A DNA stretch of 64,000 nt from Balanoglossus misakiensis (Eukaryota > Animalia > Hemichordata). The stretch spans positions 14,460,389 through 14,524,388 of the forward strand of contig CM082580.2 of NCBI GenBank assembly GCA_040954595.2, read 5' to 3'. Of this stretch, positions 54,001-64,000 are shown piece by piece. Each line of letters starts with the position of its first letter. Positions within the stretch are counted from its first letter, which is position 1. Position numbers and translations under genes: made by a program. The notes beneath the pieces were generated by a model that worked only from the letters and a program-made list of their open reading frames with translations, ran no database searches and was not told the origin of the DNA.

Positions 54001-57000
54001 GTGCTGTGTTGCAATGGTAACAAAATCAAAGAAACGATGGAAAGATTTTATTGAAGTGGTGCAGGTATGAAAATGATATTATTTTACTTTTCAGGTCGTT
54101 CAAGTGAATCTAGTAATACATCAGACTACATGTTTCTATACGCACATGATGAATGCCCTGGTGAGGATTATTGTACATGAGAGGAGAACAAGCAGCCCTT
54201 AATTGGAAGATATTGAAAGCTTTCATCTTGCAGATTAAATCTGTTTACCTTCAGGATTCATATTCGTTGATAAAGCTGATGCGATGATGTTTTTCAATTC
54301 ATATAATCACATCATACATTGTCATCTTGTGTTTCAGATTGTATCTGTCATTTGATATGATACTAATGGAAAATCCCAATTAATATTTCAATAGAAAGGC
54401 ATCACAACAGATAACAGTGCCATCTTCACTTCGTATCATATTTCCTATCGATAAATTACGCAAGGGACACATCATTCTTTTACAGAACATTACTGTTGAT
54501 TTAGATAATGTAAATTGAGACAAATAACTTGGCGCTAATATATCATGCAATAACAGCTGTTCCATGCCATGATTGAAATTGATGATGAAATTGCAATTGT
54601 AAAATTGATATTTGCATTATTTGAGTTCTTTGATGTCAATCCAATTACAGTTCACACTTTAAAGTGTGTGCTTAACAAGCAAAATGTTCCAACATCCTGC
54701 AGTATACAGAGTCACGGTACGGTTTTCTGTTTCTCTCATTGTGTTAGCATTTGCTCCACAATCAGCCTTGTGCATAAAGTAACAAACAAATATTCACGTG
54801 TGTTACTGTATGCGTGTGTTGTGCATGTCTGTGTGTCCACAGTGTCAGTCACAAGAGGCATGTGCAAGCTGTTTGTTCTGCCCATATTTGCTATGATTAC
54901 ATCAACGTCAGTGGAGAGAACGCTGTTCACAATGATCACTTGCCCCAGAGAAAGTAACAACAATTGGAAGGAAATTGGATTCAACTCAACAAAATATAAA
55001 AGACGAAAACACATCTTGTTATATACCGTCGTATATTGAGCATATTCAATCGCGAGTTACAGGACTGGGAATATTAGATTATGCTAGCTCATACTGTTCT
55101 GTCTCTCTTTTGTGGTGGCACTGCGATTTGTAAAACAATCCTGTGAAATTATCAAAGGCATTCATCATAACCATCGAACAGTAACGGCCAGCTGTGAGAC
55201 AATTTGTTCCTTTCTACTTCCTCGCGCAATCATCAACGATATAGTATGCCTGAGTAAACCCATGGGAAATTGAAGAAATATGCACTGTATCTGCCTACAT
55301 ATTATATCAATTAGGGCAACTCAGTAGCAGCCGTGATCCGCCATGTAAGAGGAAGAGCACTGAATGTAGCATTAACCCTATCAAAATACTGAATAGAATA
55401 TCAGTTGATGAAAACCGATCCCTTCTAATTTTAAACCCGCAGATCATCGAGCGTCCTCAGAACCCACACCAATGACATGATTGTCACATCCATGGGCGTG
55501 GGGGGCTCTGCAAGTGTAAACAGCTTGAACAACACTGGTGGATTTCTATGCCACATGTGTTTCTCGAGAAGATGACCACATTGCACTTATGCCATGTTAT
55601 TGTGTTAATGCTTAATAAATGAGACAGGAGGCAAGTCATGGGATGAATGTGCGGGGGAGTGGACTACACAAGCGGGCGTCGCAGTGGACGACCCCCATGA
55701 TGCAATTCGCCTGTTTGAATTGCATCATGACGTGGGACACGTGGTACCCGAGTATAGCCTGTAACCAGCGGCGACTTACAAACAAGCGTCGTAGATGGTA
55801 TCCCCATGACAGGAGTCGTATGTTTGACTCGCCATGCCATTGGGGGTTGTCACAGCGGCACATACAGACTCTACTCAAGTACCACGATGTCTTCGCCTAT
55901 AGAACTACCGGAAAAGATGTAATTTAGTGGGAGATAGATCAGTGCATTGAAAAGATGCCACCAATGGAACTACATTGAAGGGTCATTTCAACGTCTTTTT
56001 AAATTGATCGCCTTGCTGAGTAAACATTATCAAGTCTTTACAGAATTATTTTGTCTCAGAGGATTTTGGCTTTTGGTACATACGCTAACCTTATATTCCC
56101 GACGGATACACTACATCAGAGAATGAATTTAGTGGTCTACGAAACTGAAGATCATTATAATCTGTTCGGAAATACAACCCTTACTGTTCCAATCGAATTA
56201 AGATTCAGTATATTTTAAGGCACAATTAATGTCGCCAAATACATGCTGTCCATGCAATCACTGAGCCACTCAAGTAAGCAAGGTTTTATTACGGCTGATG
56301 ACAACGTCTAAGCTGACTCCATTTTGGCTTCAATTACGTACCATATCAATAACATGAAATGGTTTACTGATTTCAATACTTGTTCTACCCTCCACGAGCA
56401 ACTAAGTCCACAGAAAAAGCAGCTTTCTCAACACCAATAAAACCTAACTGTATCTGTCAAAATCAGTTACTTCTTACAATTTTAAGAGTGAAGTGATTAA
56501 TTCAGTCCTTGTTGGTTTACATGCCAAATATGAAATCTGAATATCCGCGACAGCAACCATCTACTGGGTATAATGGTTTTTTTTCGCAGGGCAAACATCT
56601 ACTCGGATTTCTAAATTTCCCATGCAAAAATACCCAAACGCCTATGCAAAAATACCGTTCTACGTCTTCATTTGAATTCTACGGTATATTCTTAAAGACG
56701 ATGCTCGATATGTGATGGTGATTTGGATTTAGGACAGTAATTTCCTCTGCAGCAGATTAAAACAAGTGATAAAAGGCATTTATCCCCAAGCCATAATTTG
56801 ATGGTTCGTTGCCATGCATTTTATTTGTTATTGAATCTCCGGGTGTTGGGAACGGTGCAAGTTCAAAAAAAGGCTGGTGGCACGTCTGATTAATCTGAAA
56901 TCCCTTCACACAATGAATAACATGAGGCATTTGAAGGTAACTTGGCTGTGTGAATACAACTTGCAAATCCCCGAGGATGATTCACACATGGACATACTGC

Positions 57001-60000
57001 GTACATTGAGAAACCCAACTGTTGGATTTCTTGAGTCGATCATGTAGATTACCGAAGAACAAGATATGTTGCAGATGGATCTACCGTATAAGGTCATTTG
57101 GTAAATCTACTCGAAAATTACCCGCAGGTTATTATTATGTCGCTTTGATAGGCAACACTGTGGCAAGCCAACAATAAGAAGGAAGTTTATGGCCAGGGTC
57201 ACAATGTCAGCACTCTCATGGAAAATAGGCATTCATGCGTGTTCCCAAAATAATAGAGAATGGGGTGTGGATTCCAATATTTGAATCAGCCAGGTTAGAC
57301 TGCCCCCACTGCGATTCCATTTTTTCCTATCAAAAATGTGAAATCTCACCTTGGCAGTGTTATTGAGTGAAGACAGCAACTGATTGCATGCACTTACACC
57401 TGTGAGAAGTGGCTGTGGAAGCAAATTATGGACCAGTCTTGTTACTTACACTTGGTTTTGACTCACATGCTGTAAAAGTCGAAAGTAAGGAATTTTGCAA
57501 ATTTTGGCAGGCTGATTAGGGCGGCTTGTTACAGTCCCGAGCCACCCTGAAGGTCACAAAAAACATGGTCAAATAAAGGACAGCACGATAATTATGTACA
57601 AAATAACGCTAAAGTTTATCAAAAATTGAGCATTGTCTTAACCATAGCCCCTTTAAGGCAACAATTTGACTCCGGCTCGCGAGGTTAAGACACTTCTGTA
57701 GCTAGAAGCGGTTCGCTTGCCTTATTAGTTACAAGCCAAATCGGATAATGATCAAGTTCAACTCTTATAAAACAAACTTTGACATCCAACGTAGTTTGTA
57801 TATCAATGATATAATCGCCATGTTTGCCCAGCATACACATCATTCTGAACTTCAATCACTATTAAACCTCTTCACACTGTGTAGTGCAGTGTACGTACCT
57901 GGTGACATTCATTAGATATCATCAGATTTGTTTAATGGAATTTCATGCCGATAATGTTTGCTTCAGGTAAATTCTATGCCTGCAGACCCGCCATTGTGAT
58001 TATTGTCTAATACAACTTTGTTACAAGTGGCTACCATACATCCGTGGCCACTTGTCCATTATCAATCCATCAAGACATCGCCAGAATTTGCAATGTGATC
58101 ATTGTAATTACTGAAGACTAAGTTTGTCTAATGTCCCACTCTCCAGTTTACTTGGTGAGAAACCATAGTATTTCCTTATGTAATCATTTTACATATAATA
58201 AGGAGTCATTTGCAAATATTGAATAAACTCAGAAAATTGATATTTATGGGCAAATTTCAATTTTTAATCTCATTATTACAAATGTAATCAACATTGTGCA
58301 ATAAAAGCTAAGTTCAGTGGGATGTACAGTAATTTCCCGAACAAATGAATTGATAGTCGGTATGTATTCATTACTACTAAAGGTGATTATTGGATTGAAA
58401 AAGAAATTGCTTTTTGGGTTATTATTTGAGTTGTAATGACACGTGATGAAGAAACAAACTAATTTATATAAGTAGCATTTCAAATTATTCATAAGTTTCA
58501 AAGTTTACCTGGTAAGTAAAAATGTTGAATGTGTGTCACGTCTGCTTTCAAAGTCCTGTTGGTGATAAAAAGAATGACATGAACTTATCAAAACTACTAA
58601 TGGGTTCAAGGTCAAGTGATACGTTTAAAATTTGGTAGTGGTGGAGATTCTATGCAGAATGTTCAGTCAATTCTGACACACGTCGTGTTGACATTTGTCC
58701 TGCAGCACAGTATGCAAAATTTCAACAATTCTTTGAACACGCATCGCTGCCCACTCAATTTTGATTGTTAGCCTTAACAGAAATCTTATCGTGTTCACCA
58801 GGGATTCACAGTGATCCAAGACTGTACACTAATTCTGCCGCGAGAAATCCCATGAATGCATTATTTTAGAGACGTGTAGATGTAAAAAGTGTGCAGGCAA
58901 TCGTTACTTCAAGCAATTGCTACGAAGTCTAAGCGAGGCTTTCATCTGCGACTGAATCTTAGCAATTATGCATTATCCAGCATTTCTTGGATATGGCTCG
59001 TGGTGTGAATTATAATCAGGCATCACCGGCAATTTTAGTCTTTGTAAAGACTTCTATCCGATGGTGACGAAGTAAACAGCAAGTTCATATCCAAGGGGTG
59101 ATAAGGACAGCGAAGACGCCGCAACGAAAATATAGAAACAGTTTGGGGGAAAAGAATGACAGTGTTCAATGGCGGACACTATCTGGAGAGTTAAAGGCCG
59201 CAAGACAAACGTGTCAATACTCAAATGCGCCATACTCGAATTGTAAAAGTTATCACGCCATTACGAAACCCACTTGTATCTTGCAACTGATCTTTGCCTA
59301 GTAAAGTGTGTCATCTATTTGACCAAAATATGCACTTATACCACCCCTCTTGTAACACATTTATCTTTTTCATATTCTCTTCCCCCAACAGGCTCGTACT
59401 GCCCGAGAACATGGACGATGAATCAAATGCTGTGTGTCGGTGTCTGTTGGCCCGTGACACCGCTGAATACAACAGCTGTTGTTCCGTGTCCTCCCTCCAA
59501 ATGGTGGCCCACCACAACACGTATGTATGTATTATGTCAAATACATTTGCATTCAATCCGCGAGAGGATTGACAAGATTTCTTTTATCATAAATACAATA
59601 GGCCTGTCTGGTCTGGTTTAGGAACATCGCATCCAGAATAAAGACATCCTTCTATGGTTACGTGTGATAATTTACTTTTTTTTTAAATTCATACCACAAT
59701 GAATATTGGCTTTGTAGAAAAGCGCTTTGATCAAGGCATGTAACATGGCTTTGAACTGTGCACGTTCCAACAGATAGTCTCCAGTTGTACTGCCAGCCCA
59801 ATGGATTATGGGAAAACTCCACCTTTGAAAGAGCGCTTGCAAGCTGCATCGACACACTCACCAGAGAGCTCATCATGAAAGAGTTCGGAAAATCTCCATC
59901 ACCGGAACAGATCCAGGTCAGAGCAAACCATGCAATTGAATATACAAATTGAGTTTGGCATTCAGCAGGTTGCATCGTCTATAGTAAATATGGTCATATG

Positions 60001-63000
60001 GGATAGCTAACACGCAATTGTAGCTCAATTTCAATATGAACAAACAATGATTTGTATTCCTTTTCTTTCAGAATGCAAAATAAGTGAACTGTTATGTTAG
60101 TGAGCAAAAGCAAACAAAACACGGATGGCGTTGGCCGTACTAAAATTTTAATGGTTTTAGAGGACATTAAATATGAGCATAACACAGACAGCAGCAAATG
60201 CTAACAATTTTCCCTTCATTCATCTCTTTTGCTTGTAGTTATACCAAGACGTTACCGAGAGTACAAAAATTCTGCAGATTGTTGGTTATTCCATCTCACT
60301 TGCCAGCCTTATCATAGCGCTACTTATTTTCTACTCATTTAGGTAAGTACAACTTCACTTACTCATTCACATTTGCATTTCTCCACTTTTGCATTTGGAA
60401 AGTAAGTGACATTGATAGGTTGATGATTCGGTTGGCGGGTTGATGGGTGTTTGTTTGTTTGGGAGGGTGGGTGTGTATGTAGGGCGTTAGCTACTTTAGT
60501 ATGCAGCTTAGAGGTTAAGGGCAAAGAGAACAAAACACTTGTAAGCCAGCCAACTTGAAAGATCTGGTTGCACATCACTTTTGAATTTCTCTTATTTCGC
60601 TGACTACAGGAGTTTAAACTGTCCGCGAACTCGGATCCATAAGCTGCTGTTCATAGCATACACTGTATGGCTCACTCTCGACGTTATCTTATCAGTGGAC
60701 CTTACCCAAGATGCCGAGACTTTCCACGCTGGGTGTGGTCCCGGACGTCAAGAGAGATCACAGAAAACAATACGTAATACGGTGAGTTGGCAAAATGCTG
60801 ACCCACGACAGGGTGACATGTTTTTACATACATGAAAATGTCCGGAAAATCCAAATGGACATTATAATTCATCTGCAAAACACACAGTGTAACAACCCAT
60901 TATTTTTTCACATAAAAGGTACTTAAGTTTTCGTAATGTAAAATAATTTGTTACAATACAAACCCACAGACCCTCTGTTTGCTAGGTCTGTGGTGTACTA
61001 TAAAAACTTTTTTTCAATGCACGAAGAATATTATACTGTATAAACAAAGCAATTTGCAAAAAGAAGCTATACCGGTACAGAATCTAGACAGAATGGGAGC
61101 TGTTTGATCTTGTTATTTGTCATAAACAGCCTTTGTCAACTTTACACTATACCGGTACATGTATATACTGGTATTGTTGATTTCACCTTATTTGTGTTGG
61201 GTTACGACTGATCATAAATATTATTTCTATGACAGCCTATACTGTGCGAGGCATTTGAGGTTCTTCGAGAATATACAAGATTTTGCGTGTTCTCGTGGAA
61301 CTTTGTGGAAGGTCTTTATCTGCATAGAATGGTCACGGCTGCGGTGTTTCGTAAACCAAATTTCAAGTTATACTACGCAGTTGGCTGGGGTAAGTCATGT
61401 CTTAAGTCACAGACTGCATTTATTTATTTGTGAAAGTTTGCAACAAAAGTACTGTGTGTCAACGTCAGTAATAGACCACATTAAGCATACTTCCACAAAA
61501 TTTGGTAAATTGTTATTTTTCACTTCAATATTAATTTCATGTTATGTTTTGTGACAATACTCAAACAGCAAATATAATAGGAACATTGATGAGAGGAAAC
61601 TATGGACCTTGTAATTTCTCTCAATCTTGCAGTGTTGGCGATATTCCCTGTGCTTGGATGGGCCATAGCTATGCATTACACAAGCGACCAAGAGTAAGTC
61701 ATATATTTTAAAGTCAAATGTACAACTTTAATGTCACATTAAGGTAGTTGGAAAGGCTAGGGCGTCAGTTAAAATTTCATTTAAAAACACTGAATTTATA
61801 TCTAGAAATGTATTAGAGAAAAATTAAACTCATGAAAAATTCGGGGCAATAAACGTGTAACAAGATATGGCTGGTTTTATTATACCTAATTTCATACATC
61901 TGGCAAGAAAGCTAGGGAGCCTTATTTGAGCGCCCTCTAGGGGAAGACTTCTCCTAGGCTATGCGCACAAGGACGGGTTCCCCTAGCCAAGGGCATTTAA
62001 ATGTAACTTGCAAACACTGATTCTTGCAATTTTCAACGATAGATAACCTTGCTTGTTTATTAAAGGCTGCCAAATTATGGACATTTTTGCATTTCTAGGG
62101 AACCCGAAAAGCCAGCGGAAAAGCGTTTGACCCAGATAAATGCGATCCTTCGCCGTGAACTGCCGCTAAACTTTGCGTATTTCGCTACTTTTCTGCCCTT
62201 CGCCATAATGTAATGGTTTTTATTTGTGATTGAATTGGTATGCCAGATAATTTTTTTATCATGAAACTTTCAGGAAAGGCTCGGGACATCCCAAAGAACA
62301 ATTTTACGGGACAGTTTTTTCATAAGTTTTCCCGTTGTGTTTTGGCAGCACGTTAAAGTTGTATACAAAATATCAACAAAAACTGTGTTTTCCTGAGTGA
62401 TAACTTTGAAAAAAATAAGTTTATGCTGAAAGTGTCCCGTACATTGCTGGAGGGGTTGCTTAATATTAAAATGAATACAAATTATTCAATAATTTGTGAA
62501 AACATGTCAAGATTCAATCCATATTTTGTAAAATTATGAATATTTATATTTAGGCGTATCAAATTTCATAATTTTAGCAGATATTTTTACAGTCATATTT
62601 TTCCCTCACTTTTGAGTTTGTTAAGAATACATGCTGCAAATTTCAAGTCATTATCTTTATTCTAACTTGTGAAAATAAATTCACAAACATTGAGAGAATT
62701 TGCTTCAAAAATAGCCTTTCCAACTACCTTAATAGTTTCTAAACAATCTGAATACTACCGGTAGTTTGCATTGCCATGAATGTTGTAATGTTTATGCTTG
62801 TCTATTTACATAATCGAAGAATAAACTGATTGATATTTATAATGATTGGTTTATTTCATAACGTAAAAAAGATCACTATAATGGATCCTAACACGGCGAT
62901 CAAGTAACGTTCAATCATACAGCTGTGCTCTTCCAAAAATGGTTGATACTCTTTTCATTTAAATGATATATTCATCTTGATATTATGACATTTATCTTTT

Positions 63001-63874
63001 TTCAGATGTTGGCTCGGATACAATTACTCGCCTTACTACTGGATAATTGAAGCTCCCAGAAATTTCATCTTGTTTGTGAGTATAAAGAGCGACTAATCTG
63101 CAGGGGTGGAAGAATCAAGATATGTATGGAGGGGGGGGGGGGGGGGGTTAGGACCTGGAAAGGGATTTGGATGAAAACCTATACTATGTCATTCCAGATA
63201 AAGTAACATGTGTTTCCCCATTCACAGGTTAATCTCATATTTCTGATAAATATCGTTCGGGTCCTGGTGACAAAAATGAGGGAAACAAACACAACAGACT
63301 CGACACAGGTTAAGTAAGTGTAGAAAGATGTTTTTACAAATTTCTTTGGAAACTCACCATGATACACCATATAATACAAGTGACCAGAAAACCGGGGACC
63401 ACAAAGGTCTTTACACACATACAAGCTATGTTGACAAGTGGAGTACTGGGTATGCTGTTTGGAAAAGAGCAAGAAAATGCATTTGATACAAAGAACAAAA
63501 ATACTGGAAATAAAGCCAAGTTACAGCTAATGTCTCTTTAAATGCCAAAACTTAACCCAGATTGGGAAATCGTATTAATTTGTCATAATTGTATAGTTAT
63601 AGCAATTTTGACAATATACATTAGCATGTCTGATGTGATAATGAAAATTTTATGTCTCAACAGTGGTATTTCATTTATTATTCACAGGAAAGCTGCAAAG
63701 GCGGCGATGGTGTTAGTTCCTCTACTGGGTGTTATAAATCTGTTATTTCTACCCGGAAAACCAGACTCGACGGATCCTGCATGGCTTATCTATCTCTATT
63801 TCTATGCCACAAGTGTCTTAATCACCTTCCAAGGATTTGTCTGCGCTCTCATATTCTGCTTCTTCAATGGCGAG
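45007..63874 (+). CDS. Class B1 (secretin-family) GPCR, PDF-receptor-like, 3'-truncated by the window. Coding exons 45007-45076, 59392-59520, 59774-59916, 60239-60342, 60610-60781, 61236-61389, 61633-61693, 63006-63075, 63228-63313, 63688-63874 (392 codons).
   Basis: Hormone-receptor domain (EEAC..YCPRTW..CWP.TP..CP..C.PNG.W..C). TM1 ILQIVGYSISLASLIIALLIFYSFRSL, TM2 RTRIHKLLF, IRNTPILCE..LREY, TM3 VEGLYLH, ECL2 CWLGYNYSPYYWIIEAPR, TM5 NLIFLINIVRVLVTK, TM6 KAAKAAMVLVPLLGVINLL, TM7 FQGFVCALIFCFFNGE. The NTP.LCE..EY and CW.GYN.SPY.WI.E.PR motifs are typical of PDF receptors. Linking the 45007 exon is inferred: it ends in phase 1 and supplies the missing first ECD cysteine. Confidence 0.9.
49463..49535 (-). 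repeat. Degenerate tRNA-derived sequence (SINE head or tRNA pseudogene)
   Basis: The minus strand reads TTCCTTTGTGGTCTAATGGTAAGAGAGGAGGTTTTCTGCACTGAGGTGATATGTTTGATTCCTGGGGTGTCAG: A-box-like TGGTCTAATGG and B-box-like GTTTGATTCC at tRNA spacing. The acceptor and anticodon stems do not pair. Confidence 0.55.
61743..62728. mobile_element. 986-bp non-autonomous DNA transposon with 17-bp perfect TIRs and TTAA target-site duplication (Kolobok-like), in a GPCR intron
   Basis: TTAA(61739-61742)|GGTAGTTGGAAAGGCTA...TAGCCTTTCCAACTACC|TTAA(62729-62732). No ORF of 60 aa or more inside. Confidence 0.9.
63425..63541 (-). mobile_element. Terminal fragment of the same family as 7307-7440, in a GPCR intron
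   Basis: AAGTTACAGCTAATGTCTCT|TTAA (TTAA at 63538-63541) is the reverse complement of the 7307 terminus, with further shared blocks (TTTCTTG, CTTGTCAACA). Confidence 0.6.
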
Positions 63875-64000
63875 GTTTGGAAATTCTTATCTTGTTTGTC
63901 CTTTGTTTTCTGGACTTAAGATGTATCGAATTGCAACATCTGTTCTCTTTGAATGTGTCTTTTAAAAGCAACAGTAAAACATGGCAAAAGATTACTTGTT

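Noticed and set aside
55443-55927. GC-richer block with an acceptor-like site and a 102-aa ORF containing C..WD, a possible receptor N-terminal exon
   Set aside because: No donor in a suitable phase, and the 45007 exon fits the ectodomain better. Origin unresolved.
56870-57100. Faint resemblance to a LINE reverse-transcriptase segment (LINLKSLHTMN)
   Set aside because: Too degenerate; no PQG or YADD motif seen. A blastx search would be needed.
6303-58445. CACGTG E-boxes as a circadian signature for a PDF receptor
   Set aside because: About 7 seen, close to the chance expectation for 64 kb.
1-64000. CRISPR arrays, operons, rRNA, U12-type introns, autonomous transposase ORFs
   Set aside because: No spaced direct repeats, no rRNA-like sequence, no RTATCCTT donors at annotated junctions and no long transposase ORF. 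Most short ORFs in the track are chance frames or exon fragments.

Overview
AT-rich eukaryotic DNA with GT-AG introns. It probably comes from an invertebrate deuterostome such as an acorn worm or echinoderm; this is inferred from vertebrate-like CNOT9/ATG9A, dense introns and a PDF-receptor-like gene. I assembled four spliced genes by hand: (1) the 3' part of an unknown single-pass membrane protein (1-2264, +); (2) CNOT9/RCD1 (7580-4725, -, 9 coding exons, 308 aa); (3) ATG9A (8810-16478, +, 22 coding exons, 823 aa), head-to-head with CNOT9 across a short CpG-rich promoter; (4) a divergent class B1 GPCR most like pigment-dispersing factor receptors (coding 45007 to beyond 63874, with long 5' introns). 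Two complete TTAA-flanked non-autonomous DNA transposons, several lone ends of similar elements and a tRNA-derived repeat head are present. Most striking unexplained signals: about 10-fold or greater excess of the palindromes TACATGTA and TACCGGTA, which look like stacked transposon excision footprints and whose CpG decay follows a methylation boundary near 18.5 kb; and a receptor that lacks several family-invariant motifs and has gained two unpaired extracellular cysteines. Counts and alignments were done by eye; no database search was run.
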